Shown here in pieces: positions 1 through 12,500 of a DNA stretch of 64,000 bases; the first letter of the stretch is position 1, and every line of letters starts with the position of its first letter. This stretch comes from Squalus acanthias (lineage: Eukaryota): the NCBI GenBank assembly GCA_030390025.1, contig CM059443.1, forward strand, positions 50,406,001-50,470,000. Direction: 5' to 3'. Below the pieces are notes generated by a model. It was given only the letters and a program-made list of their open reading frames with translations, did not search any database and was not told where the DNA came from. Position numbers and translations under genes: made by a program.

Positions 1-1650
1 AAAGCTTCCCCACTACTGAAGTTAAACTGACTGGCCTGTAGTTGCTGGGTTTATCCTTACACCCTTTTTTGAACAAGGGTGTAACATTTGTAATTCTCCA
101 GTCCTCTGGCACCACTCCTGTATCGAAGGAGGATTGGAAGATTATGGCCAGTACCTCCGCAATTTCCACCTTAACTTCCCTCAGCATCCTAGGATGCATC
201 CCATCCGGTCCTGGTGACTTATCTACTTTAAATACAGCCAACCTTTCTAGTACCTCCTCTTTATCAATTTTTATCCCATCCAGTATCTCCACTACCTCCT
301 CTTTCACTATGACTTTGGCAGCATCTTCTTCCTTGGTGAAGACAGATACAAAGTACACGATCAGTACCTCAGCCCTTTTATGAGCCAGGTCTCCAGTATC
401 GCCATGACATCATATTCCCATGTGGCTATTTGCTTCCTGCAGCTCCCCAACCTTATTCACCAGGCTTCGTGCATTTACACACATGCACTGTAAACCTCTC
501 TTAGACCTTCTTATATTCTCTCTTAGTCTGACACCACCTAATACCTTACTATTTCTTATCTAGTGCTACCTGTCTCTCCCAACCCTTTGTGCACTTTGTT
601 TCTCCCTTCGAATGGAACATCCTGGTTCCCATCACCCTGCAAAATTAGTTCAAACCCTCCCCAACAGCACTAGCAACCTCTCCGCCCCACCCCGCGAGGA
701 TATTGGTCTCGGCTCTTTTGAGGTGCAACCCGTCTGGCCTGTACAGGTCCCACCTCCCCCAGAACAGGTCCCAATGTCCCATGAATCTAAAGCCCTCCCT
801 CCCACACCATTTCTCCAGCCATGCATTCATCTGCTCTATTCTCCTATTTCTATACTCAGTAGCTCATGGCACCGGGAGTAAGCCGGAGATTACTACCTTT
901 GAGGTCATGCTTTTTAATCTCTTTCCTAGCTCCCTAAAATCTGCCTGCAAGGCCTCATCCCTCTTTCTACCTATGTCGTTGATACCGATATGCACCACGA
1001 CCTCTGGCTGCTCCCCCTCCCCCCTCAGAATGTTCTGCAGCCACTCAGTGACACCCTTGACCCTGGCAGCAGGGAGGCAACATACCATCCTGGAACCACA
1101 TCTGCAGGCGCAGAAACGCCAAGCCGTTCCGCCAACTATCGAATCCCCTACCACTATTGCCTCTGTACAGCTGAGCCACCCGTGGTGCTGTGGACTTGGC
1201 TCTGGCTGTACTCCCCAGAGGAACTACTGCCCTCACCAGTATACCAGTTAGAGAGTGAGATGCACTCAGGGGACTCCTGCACTACCTGCCTGGTCCTCCT
1301 TGTCTGTCTGACGGTCACCCATTCCCTCTCTGCCAGCACACTCCTACGCTGCGGCGTGACCACCTTCTGAAACGTGCTATCTTTCCAGGTCTGCGCTGTC
1401 CTCAGGCTCCGCTCTGTTTAAGTACTGTCGCCGGTCCTGCCGCTTATTTCCAGGATCTAACTGGGTCTTGAATAAATCGAAGGTCTCCCTCCCCACTTCC
1501 TTACCAGCAACAACAGTCCAAGTGGTGGTCAGTCTTTGTGTGAAGACATTCTTCACAATGTCTGTGTTCAAATTGATTTTCACCAGTTTTAGCTCAAACA
1601 CATTGTTCTGGTATCTTGACTTACTGTCAAGTAGCGTCTGGATTGCTGGA
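1..1650 (-). mobile_element. Degenerate CR1 LINE fragments (RT piece, SGNH-esterase ORF1 piece, 3' piece)
   Basis: Minus-strand DKSPGPDG RT-region motif, and GDSIV / HIGINDIG / DGLHL esterase motifs at 645-1154. Duplicated at ~45342-48370. Confidence 0.85.
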
Positions 1651-1679
1651 TCCACAGGGTTCCATATTTTTTTTAACTC

Positions 1680-2659
1680 ATTTTGCAGTATGTGGGCATC
1701 AAGGGCAATTGCGGAATTTATTGCCCATCCCTAGTTGCCCTTGAGATGGTGATAGGCCCTCTCCTTGAACTGCTGCTGTCAGTGTCGTGAGGTTGCTCCC
1801 ACAGTGTTGTTAGTTCAGGAGTTCCAAGATTTTGACCCAGCGACAATGAAGGAACTGCCGATTTATGTCCAAGTCAGGATGGTGTGTGACTTGGAGGGGA
1901 ACTTGGAGGTGGTGGTGTGTCATGCACCTGCTGCCCTTGTCCTTCTTAAGTGGGGGAGGTTGCGGGTTTGGGAGGTGCTGTCGAAGAAGCCTTGGTGAGT
2001 TGCTGCAGTGCAGCTTGTAGATGGTGCACACTGTAGCCACGTTGTGCCGATGGTGGGGGGACTGAATGTTTAAGGTGGTGGATGGGATGCCAATTAAGCA
2101 GGTTGCTTTGTCTTGGATGGTGTCGAGCTTCTTGAGTGTTGTTGCAGCTGCAATCATCCAGGCAAGTGGAGAGTATTCCATCACACTCCTGACTTGTACC
2201 TTGTAGGTGGTGGAGAGACTTTGGGGAGTCAGGAAGTGAAACACTCGCCGCAGAATATGACCTGCTCTAGTAGCCAGGGATTATATGTGGCTGTTCCAGC
2301 TATGCTTCTGGTCAATTGTGACCCCCCCAGGATGTTGATGGTGGGGGATTCAGGGATGTTAATGCCATTGAATGTCAAGGGGAGGTTGTTACGCTCTCTC
2401 TTGTTGGAGATGGTCATTGTCTGGCACATAGGTGGTGCAAATGTTACTTGCCAGTTATCAGCCCAGGCCTGTATGTTGTCCAGATCTTGCTGCATGCGGA
2501 CATTGACTGGTTCATTATCTGAGGAATTATGAAAGGAGTTGAACACTGAAAACATCAGCAAACATCCCCACTTCTGACATGATGATGGATGGAAGGTCAA
2601 TGATGAAGCAGCTGAAGATCGTTGGGCCTAGGAGTACCTGAAGCGATGACCCCAGGGAC
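1680..2659 (-). mobile_element. CR1-clade LINE 'family 2' 3' fragment (resumes at 6161)
   Basis: QQDLDNIQAWAD.WQVTFAP and YK.QVRSVMEYSPLAW peptides; the uninterrupted paralogue is at ~48400-49410. Confidence 0.85.
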
Positions 2660-5600
2660 ATAGAAACATAGAAGATAGGAGCAGGAGTAGTCCATTTAGC
2701 CCCTCTAGCCTGCTCCGCCATTCAATGCAATCATGGCTGATCATCCAAATTCAGAACCCTGTCCCTGCTTTCTCCCCATATCCCTTGATCCCTTTAGCCT
2801 TAAGAAATATATCCAACTCCTTCTTGAATCTATTTAATGAATTGGCCTCTACTGCCTTCTGTGGCAGAGAATTCCAGAGTGTCACCACTCTCTGGGTGAA
2901 GAAATTCCTCCTCATTTCTGTCCTAAATGGCTTACCCCTTATCCTTAGACTGTGACCCCTGGTTCTGGACTCCCCGACCATCGGGAACATCCTTCCTGCA
3001 TCTAGTCTGTCCAGTCCTTTCAGAATTTTATAAGTTTCAATGAGATCCCCTCTCATTCTTCTAAACTCTAGCGAGTATAAGCCCAATCGACCCAATCTCT
3101 CCTCATACGTCATTCCTGCCATCCTAGGTATCAGCTTGGTGAATCTTCGCTGAGCTCCTTCCATGGCAAGAAGATCCTTCCTCAGATAAGGCGACCAAAA
3201 CTGCACACAATACTCAAGATGTGGTCTCACCAAGGCCCTGTACAACTGCAGCAAGACATCCTTGTTCCTGTACTCAAACCCTCTCGCTACGAAGGCCAAC
3301 ATACCATTTGCCTTCTTAACCTCCTGCTGCACCTGTATGCTTACCTTCAGCGACTGGTGCACAAGGACACCCAGGTCTCGTTGCACTTCCCCTTCTCCCA
3401 ATCTATTGCCATTCAGATAATAATCTGCCTTCCTGTTTTTGACACCAAAGTGGATAGCCTCACATTTATCCACGTTATATTGCATCTGCCATGCTTCTGC
3501 CCAATCACCCAACCTGTCCAAATCATACTGGAGTTTCTCAGCATCCTCCTCACAGCACACACGCCCACCCAGCTTTGTGTCGTCTGCAAACTTGGAGATA
3601 TTACATCTAGTTCCCTTGTCTAGATCATTAATATATATTGTGAATAGCTGGGGTCCAAGGACCGATCCCTGCGGTACCCCACTAGTCACTAACTGCCACT
3701 CGGAAAAAGACCCGTTTATTCCGACTCTTTGCTTTCTGTCTGCCAACCAGTTCTCTATCCAAGTCAATACCTTGCCCCCAATCCCATGTGCCTTAACTTT
3801 ACACGCTAATCTCCTATGCGGGACCTTATCGAAAGCCTTTTGAAAGTCCAAATACACCACATCCACTGGTTCTCCCTTATCTATTTTACCAGTTACATCC
3901 TCAAAAAATTCTAGCAGATTAGTCAAGCACAATTTACCTTTTGTAAATCCATGTTGACTTTGTCCGATCCAGTCATTGTTTTCTAAGTGCTCTGCTATTA
4001 CATCCTTTATAATGGACTCTAGCATTTTCCCCACTACCGATGTCTGTAATTCCCCGTTTTCTGTCTACCAAATTTTTTGAATAGTCGGGTAACATTAGCT
4101 ACCCTCCAATCCATGGGTATTGTTCCAGATTCCATTGAATGTTGGAAGATGATCAGCAATACATCTACTATTTCTAGGGCCACTTCCTTAACTACCCTAG
4201 GATGTAGATTATCAGGCCCTGGGGATTTATCGGCCTTCAATCCCACCAATTTCCCTAACACCATTTTCCTACAAATACTGATTTCTTTCAGTTCCTCCCT
4301 TTCATCAGACCCTATGTTCCCCAACATCTCTGGGAGGTTATTTGTGTCCTCCTTTGTGAAGACAGAACCAAAATATGTATTTAATTTGCCTGACATTTCT
4401 TTGTTCCCCATTATAAGTTCCCCTGATTCTGACTGCAAGGGACCTACGCTTGACTTCACCAATCTTTTGCTCTTCACATATCTATAAAAGATTTTACAGT
4501 CAGTTTTTATGTTCCCTACAAGCTTACTCTCATATTCTATTTTCCCCACCTTAATTAATCACTTTGTCCTCCTTTGTTGAATCCTAAACTGCTCACAATC
4601 CTCAGGTTTACTGCTTTCTCTGGCCAATTTATATGTCTCTCCTTGGATCTTATGCTATCCCTAATTTCCCTTGTTAGCCACAGTTGAGTCACCTTTTTTG
4701 TTTTATTCTTATGCCAAACTGGGATGAACAAATTCTGTAGTTCATCCATGCGGTCTTTGAATGTATGCCATTGCCTATCCACCGTCAACCCTTTGAGTGA
4801 CATTCCCCAATCAATCCTACCCAACTCGCGCCTCATACCATCGTAGTTTCCTTTATTTAAATTCAGGACCCGAGTCTCTGAGGCAACTACTTCACTCTCC
4901 ATCTTAATGAAGAATTCTTTCATATTATGATCGCTCCGACCCAATGGGCCTCGTACAACAAGATTGCTAATTAATCCTTTCACGTTACTTAATACCCAGT
5001 CTAAGATGGCCTGCTCTCTGGTTAATTCCTCAACATATTGGTCCAGGAAACCATCCCGTAAACACTCTAAATACCACTCCCACTAATGTTTTCTGCCCCT
5101 TGGTATTTCTCAGTTCTACCCATACAGATTCCACATCATCAGAGCTAATATCCTTCCTTACAATTATGTTAATCCCCTCTTTAACCAGCAATGCTACATC
5201 ACCTCCCTTTCCTTTTTGCCTATCTTTCCTGAATATTGAATACCCCTGGATGTTGAGTTCCCAGCCTTGGCCACCCTGGAGCCATGTTTCCGTAATCCCA
5301 ATCAAATCATATTCGTTTACCTCTATTTGCGCAGCTAATTCATCCACCTTATTCCGAATGCTCCTCGCATTAAGGCACAAAGCCTTCAGGCTTATTTTTT
5401 TAACGCTCTTAGACCTATTAGAATTATTATTTACTGTGGCCATGTTTGATTTAAACCGTTGATTTCTCTGACTGCCACTTTTGCTTTTCTCCTTCCTATC
5501 TTTTGCTTTTATCCTTGTTTCCCTTTCCTCTGTCTCCCTGCTCAGGTTCCCAACCCCCTGCAATTTTAGTATAAACCCTCCCCCAGAGCACTAGCAAACA

Positions 5601-6160
5601 CTCCCCCTAGGACATCGGTCCCAGCCCTGCCCAGGTGCAAACCATCCGGTTTGTACTGGTCCCACCTCCCCCAGAACCGGTTCCAATGTCCCAGGAATTT
5701 GAATCCCTCCCCCTTGCACCATTCGTCTAGCCACGTATTCATCTGAAATATCCTTCTATTTCTACTCTGACTAGCACGTGGCACTGGTAGCAATCTGGAG
5801 ATTACTAACTTTGTGGTCCTATTTTTTAATTTACCTCCTAACTCCCTATATTCGGCTTTTAGGACCTCATCCCATTTTTTACCTATATCGTTGGTACCTA
5901 TATGCACCACGACAACTGGCTGTTCACCCTCCCCTTCCAAAATGTTCTGCAGCCGCTCTGAGACATCGTTGACCCTTGCACCAGGGAGGCAACACACCAT
6001 CCTGGAGTCTCGTTTGCGGCCGCAGAAACGCCTATCTATTCCCCTTACAATAGAATCCCCTATCACTATAGCTCTACCCCTCTTTTTCCTCCCGTCCTGT
6101 GCAGCAGGGCCACCCCTGGTGCCAGGAAGTTGGCTGCTGCTGCCTTCCTCTGATAAGCTC
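2660..6160 (-). mobile_element. Young CR1 LINE 'family 1' (~3.5 kb) with esterase ORF1 and broken EN-RT ORF2, nested in family 2
   Basis: ORFs 5566-6066 (SGNH esterase), 5030-5563 (APE start, NARS/ITETW) and 2751-4034 (RT, VPQGSVLGP/FADD). CATAGAA-type 3' microsatellite at 2659-2675. Empty site gggac|tgagg at ~49372. Confidence 0.93.
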
Positions 6161-7401
6161 TGAGGTCATTGGCCTCAAAAAACCACAACCATCTTCCTTT
6201 GTGCCTTAAAATCCACTCCTTTGATTAAACTTTTGGTCACCCCTTCTATTATCTCCTTCTTTAGCTCAGACTCCAATTTTTCCTAACACCTCTCTATGGG
6301 GACATGTTGGGAACAGTTCAGTTTTTCCACCAGTTCCTCTTTGTCATCTTTTGTCTTGGGAAGTTTGAACCAGAGGAACAAATGAAAAAGAGGAAGTCCC
6401 CTGAATGTGATAAATATATATCTAACTCGAGGTTTATTAGTTGCAGTTCTTCCACCCAAAGAAAAGGTCCCACCAGCCTAGAAATATCTGAGAACTGTTA
6501 CTGCAGATCACACAGTATAAATGCATCAAATTATTAACCAGCAGGAAAACTCAAAGACTGAATCCATTCGTATATCCGGCTGAATCTCACACCCACTTCG
6601 ACACCAATAAGCTGTAAATAGCCAAGCCTTTTACACTTGCATCATTGCCCATCATCAGTTTGAATTTCACAATCATCGCACACTTCCTGCCACTTTGTAT
6701 GGAGGAGGTTTTAGTACTGAGTTCATTAGGATTCATTTCACTTCAGTACTTGTATGTGTGGTGTTCATATTGTAAATAACACCCATTGTTCCAGAATTAG
6801 GTGCTGAAGTCAAGGGCTGGACAATGAGCCAAATGCCAGGGTTATGAGGGTAAATTCACTGACTCTATCCCCTCCCCGCACCCCGCCAGCAGTGAGCTCT
6901 GCTTGAAGGAGACACAATCTATCAGAGGGCCACAGTGCTAACCCCTGACCCCTGTTTGAGCATGGCTGCCCACAAGGAGTGTGGGATTGGTGAATCTAGC
7001 GTGAAAGTCCTTTTATCTTACTGAGCCATGCATTAAACATTTCCAACATTAAAATATAAACTTCTAATTTCAATGTAGTTACACTGTTTTATGCTTTGCA
7101 AAATACTGTTCAGAGATCGGCTGGGGGCAGACAATTTGTACCAAACTTTCCCTTACACAATCATGAATTTCCACCTCAGCGTCCTCATAAATTGGGTTCC
7201 GCGTCCCCCTCCGCCCCCTCTCCACAGCCCATTGCCCCCTCTCCACAGCCCATTCCACCCACTCCCCCACCCCACTCCCTCCTCCCACTTCCTCCTGAGT
7301 CTGATTGCAGTTGAGAGCAGTTCATTCATTCAATTGGTTTGGCATAAAATTCCTGCTGGACAGATAACACAGCTCGTCGTTTAGTTATAATTTTTAAAGT
7401 G

Positions 7402-7407
7402 TTTATT
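7402..7407 (-). promoter_or_regulatory. Candidate polyadenylation signal of gene A
   Basis: AATAAA on the minus strand ~1.7 kb past the stop. Conserved in B at 26640-26645 and deleted in C. Confidence 0.45.
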
Positions 7408-7529
7408 GAATGACTTTCAATTGCACAAGTTCCATTTTGTGTCTCACACAGCAGCGATGCGTTATTCTATCTAAACAGAGTCCAAGGGGGTGAAATTGCT
7501 CATCGCCAGTAGCGTGAAATTCATTCCGA

Positions 7530-7725
7530 ATCGATATTGGCCAGGACACCGGGGAGAACTCCCCTGCTCTTCTTCGAAATAGTGCCACGTGATCTTTTAC
7601 ATCACCTGAGAGAGCAGACGGGTCTCAGTTTAACGTCTCATCCGAAAGACGTCACCTCTGACAGTGCAGCACTCCCTCAGTACTGTACCGGAGTGTCAGC
7701 CTAGATGATGTGCTCAGGTCTCTGG
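7530..7725 (-). mobile_element. Deu-domain SINE fragment (SacSINE1-like)
   Basis: Reverse complement matches the core of 19381-19850. Confidence 0.7.
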
Positions 7726-8242
7726 AGTGCCATTCAAATTTCTGGATATGCATTCTCAGCTTGTCTGAGATTCCACAGCGCGAGCGTGAATCCGTAACAT
7801 CATCTCTACATGCTCCCACGTTTAGCATGGCTCCCTGTATTCTGCTCCAACAACGACACCAGTGTGATTTTCTGTTTCCCACACCAGCCGTCGCTACAGC
7901 TTCCCCATCCACCCCACCCCCGCCCGACTCACACTGGGAATTGAGTGCTGTGCTGTGAGACCATGTGTGAGAACTGGGCTGGGCTGGACTGGGCCAAACA
8001 CATTTCGCGTCGCTATGCTGCAAGCAGTGGAGAGAGGAGACTGTCATCCAGGCATTCTGGACTGCATTCAAAGCCAGATGCCAGAGAGAAAAAGTGAAAG
8101 GGTATCGTGCTAAAACTGGCGCCAGCTTAGCACGGACTGGCACTCTGACCCAGAGAGGTCACAAGGTCAGGTGGTGCGGGAAAAGTTGGCTCTGCACCAA
8201 ACCCGTGCTGTACCAGACCTGGGCCTGCTCGACACTGACACT

Positions 8243-8940
8243 GGGGCCTAGAAATTGGCTCCGGGTGCAGCACACACCGCACACACCCAATGGGGCCGGC
8301 GGCAGGAACACGGCACATTGGACCCCCGGCCTCATTAGTTTATCAGTAGCGAGCTGCAGGCTCCAGTCACGGCCTCAGAGGCAGCTCACAGGAGGAGGGA
8401 GCAAGATTGGCCGACTGGGACCTGAGCTGATTCCGGGATGGGGGGGGGACAGAGGGATGAGGCAAATGGGAGGGGGGCACGCGAGCGGTGTCTGGTAGTG
8501 GCTGACGGTTTTAATGTGGGGCCGGGAGGAGCACGCCTGCTTCCTCCTGATTCACATTCAGGTAAGGATTTGTTTTAAAACTTACTCTTTTGGTGGCGGC
8601 CTCCAGCGGTCTCTTTAAGGACCCCTGGTTAGGCCTGGTGAGGCCGCGTGGAGACCTGGTCACCCTGAATTCAGCAGGCCCAAGGCCGGCAGCGTTCAGG
8701 AAAAGCCAGTCTCCGGCTTGGGTCCTAGAACAAGCAGTAGGCCCTTCATTAGCATATTCAAGGTGCCTAACGCCTGTTTCAGGCGATCGCCAGGGACGCC
8801 TCTACAGTGCCCGAACCAATAAGGCATCAGACGTGTTTCCGACGCTATTCGGGCATGGAGGGTTGGCCCCCTAAATTGGACCTCTTTTGCACCCATTATC
8901 CACCCAGAAAAACGGTGCAACGATGTCCAATTAACCCCCA
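8243..8940. mobile_element. GC-rich probable non-autonomous DNA element in the gene A 3' UTR (paralogue ~28105-28808)
   Basis: Abrupt GC/CpG-rich block with weak terminal inverted motifs (GGGG..AATTGG / CCAATT..CCCC) and a hairpin at 8871-8933. Family not identified. Confidence 0.35.
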
Positions 8941-9080
8941 CCCCGGGTGTCTGCAGTGGGAAAGTGTTCAATACCCAGTGCTGACCATGATGAGTGTAAA
9001 ATATATGTATTTTTTAAATCTTGTACCACTATGAGTTTAAACAAGTTATCCGTTGCCTTTCTCCTGTTACTCGATTATGC

Positions 9081-9526
9081 TCAGGTTTCCTCCATTTTAG
9101 CATAAATAGGATTTTCTTCCATTTTTAACGGGCCAGGTCGTGGATCATCTTCCTCCAGCTGGGACTGTGTCACCGCGTCTACCGGGCAGCCTATCAAAGA
9201 ATAAATCTGCTCATTGGACAAAGCAACGGGATCCTCCTTACTGTCCTCTTTGGGCTGTGATTGGCCGTCTGGTTTGAGTTCAGCAGCTGAAGAGGTTTCA
9301 ACCTGCCGTCCATGGTCCGTGTGGTCTCTGCCTAGATATTAAGAGAGGAGATCACGTTTGATGGGTTCACTTCCAGTGGGGGACAGATAATGAAAGTGGA
9401 CTGTCTCGTTACTTGAGATAAAGGTCCAGGAGCTTTAGAACAGACACAGTGTTGACTGAGAGGATTATACTGAAAGATTGCAACGACTTACATTTTACTC
9501 CCTGGATTTCAGTTTTGTCTCCATCA
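9081..9526 (-). CDS. Gene A last two cytoplasmic exons (35 and 251 nt), ending QIYSLI...EENPIYAKMEET*
   Basis: 9526-9492 (ttcttag|...AAAT|gtaagt) and 9331-9081 (tatctag|...TGA) continue the frame. They are absent from the ORF track. Confidence 0.82.
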
Positions 9527-12500
9527 CTAAGAAAACAGAAAATTAAAACATGTGAATAATGAGTAACATAAGATTCAAACAATATCAAACCATTGTAAGT
9601 GGAGACTAGATTAGCTCACTTTCTCCCCAGAGCCTGGATTTCAGTCCAGCCCAGACTGAAATTCTCTCATTCATTTTCTCTCTCTCTGTCTCTCTCTCTC
9701 TCTGTCTCTCCGACTCTCGTTCTNNNNNNNNNNNNNNNNNNNNNNNNNNNNNNNNNNNNNNNNNNNNNNNNNNNNNNNNNNNNNNNNNNNNNNNNNNNNN
9801 NNNNNNNNNNNNNNNNNNNNNNNNNNNNNNNNNNNNNNNNNNNNNNNNNNNNNNNNNNNNNNNNNNNNNNNNNNCGTCTCTGTCTCCGTCTGTGTCTCTC
9901 ACTGTCTCTGTCTCTCTCTCTGTCTCTCTCTCTCTCTGTCTCTCTCTCTTTGTGTCTCTGTCTCTCTGTCATTGTCTCTCTGTCCCTATCTCTTTCTCTC
10001 TTGCTTTGTCTCTCTCTCTCTCTTTCTATCTTTGCTATGTGAGCAGTCCTCTCTACAATGAGTTTTCCCAGTCCCAATCCAATTCCTTGCCTAAAACTGC
10101 CCATCATTCAGTAAAATATTTGGACGAAATTGATCATTATCGTCAAATACGCCAAAATATTGTCCTGACAAAGTGTAAAAGAAAATAACTTCACACGGGC
10201 ACAGTGAAAGGAGCTATTCTGATATTGGGATAAAGGAGCACTATCAGGTCAGAGGGCAGAGTGATTTACACGGCCTCCAGCCATTCTATACCTGACTTAG
10301 AACTGTTCGGTTGTGAGATTGGCTGCACAGCCTGGAAATGTTTTGTGCTGGGTGGTGGAATAGATTAGTACGGCCCTTTCATATTTTAGGATCTGTTCTC
10401 AAATCAAGTCCAGAATATTGGGAATAAAAGTCTCTCTCTGTGCCTCTATTACTGTCTGTCTGTCCCTGTCTCTTTGTCTTTCTCTGTCTCTTTCTCTCGA
10501 AGGGTCCTTGATGAAATAAGTTTAGTCATCTCGTTCCAGTTTGTAGCTCGTGTGAGCCACAGTACAAAACTACCGCTAAATTGGCACTTTCACTCAAACA
10601 GGCCATGAGTTGTGAGAAGTGAAATGTCCGAGCTCCCTCCTGAGTTTGGAGTTGAGGAGCATTGTTGGGACAGTCCAGAGGGAGCTTTACGCTGCACCTA
10701 ATCTGGAGTGCTCCAAATGATACTGTGTGGCCACAGTGGAAAAGTAATCCATTTGCAGAGTGGGCTCCCCTCACCTTCATTACATTAACAATCTCCGAAC
10801 CCTCCATCGCAAAACAAACCCGTGGTCAGTGTTGAACGTTGCTGGGGCCGACAGCTGTCACTCTGCTTACCCTTTGACCATTGACTCTTCGATCAAACAG
10901 TACACATGCTCTGTAGAGTCAGACTTTGGGCCAGTGCTCTCCATTCCTTCACCAGGCCTTGGCTGGCTCGATGGCGTTGGAACTCTCGTCACCGAGTACG
11001 CAACATGCTCGTTGTCATCGCTCTGATCCCTTCTGGGAACCACAGAGTACGGGAAACCTAGACAGAAGGACGAGTAGACGATGTGTGCTTTTAGTTTCAA
11101 CTCTCAAAGGGACAGGCTTGGAAGAGCTGGGCAGTAATTCTAGTCACTTACATTCAGCCACCTGTGTCAGCTGCACATCACCGGCCCTACAGTTCGTAAA
11201 GAAAAGCAACCTGTAAATGTCCCATTAAATGAGGAAAACTATACAGAAAGTCTGCCTGAAAACTGAACAAATCCCATCCCTACCTGGGTCCTGGTGCTGA
11301 GGATCCTTCACAACACATGCCATAAGATTGGAAAGATAAATTTAAAAGTCTTTGTAAGGAGTCTGCACTTACAATTTTCTAGATTTAGAGCAAACATTTT
11401 AAAGCTCTTGCTTACCTTTGGCAGCTTGTCGTTTCCTTTGGATTATGCAAAGTGCCCCAACAATGCAAAGTACCCCAACAATGCAAATGATCACAACCGC
11501 ACACGCTATGGCTACTTTCACAGGTGTGGCAGTGTCTGGGCCTGCAGAGGAGAAGCAACATTAAGTTCAGTCTGTGCAATCCCGTGTTATATGTACAGCT
11601 GATCACACTGGTTACCTGGGCTGAGGAACAGACATTTCCGGTTAGAATCTGGAAAAGTGCAATGGCGAAGAAAGGAAATCGAACCAACTTTTAATGGGTA
11701 CAAACTGGACAACTGATCTGGAATCTATCAACTTTAATTTTTTTTATTCATTCATGGGACGTGGACGTCATTGACAAGGCCAACATTTATTGCCCATCCC
11801 TAATTGCCCTTGAGAAGGTGGTGGTGAGCTGCCTTCTTGAATCGCTGCAGTCCATGTGGTGAAGTTACTCCCACAGTGCTGTTAGGGAAGGAGTCCCAGG
11901 ATTTTGAGCCAGCGACGATGAAGGATCGGCGATGTACTTCTAAGTCAGGATGGTGTGTGACTTGGAGGGCAACTTGGAGATGATGGTGTTCCCATGAGCC
12001 TGCTGCCCTGTCCTTCTAGGTGGTAGAGGTCACGGGTTTGGGAGGTGCTGCCGAAGAAGCTTTGGCGAGTTGCTGCAGTGCATCTTGTAGCTGGTACACA
12101 CTGCAGCCAAGGTACGCCAGTGGTGGAGGGAGTGAATGTTTAAGATGTGGATGGGGTGCCAATCAAGCGGGCTGCTTTGTCCTGGATGGTGTCGAGTGTC
12201 TTCAGTGTTGTTGGAACTGCACTCATCGAGGCAAGTGGAGAGTATTCCATCACACTCCTTACTTGTGCCTTGTAGATGGTGGAAAGGCTTTGGTGAGTAA
12301 GGAGGTGAGACACTCGCTGCAGAATACCTAGCCTCTGACCTACTCTTGTTGCCACAGTATTTATGTGGCTGTTCCAGTTACGTTTCTGGTCAATAGTGAC
12401 CCCCAGGATGTTGATGGTGGGGGATTCGGCAATGGTAATGCCATTGAATGTTAAGGGGAGGTGGTTACACTCTCTCTTGTTGGAGATGGTCATTGCCTGG

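Noticed and set aside
2751-5563. Active autonomous CR1
   Set aside because: ORF2 is broken into four pieces by frameshifts and a deletion, and the element is 5'-truncated.
5566-6066. Host GDSL/SGNH esterase gene (also 864-1154 and 47359-47868)
   Set aside because: It lies directly upstream of CR1 ORF2 and is the known esterase domain of CR1 ORF1.
7652-8971. ORFs conserved between 7652-8971 and 27481-28839
   Set aside because: No recognisable motifs or splice logic. They overlap SINE and GC-rich repeat sequence in the predicted 3' UTR, and similarity is explained by recent duplication.
11412-11687. ORF-track His/Cys-rich protein over the TM region (also 33779-34036 and 52823-53098)
   Set aside because: Wrong frame: exon phases place the TM exon in the hydrophobic frame.
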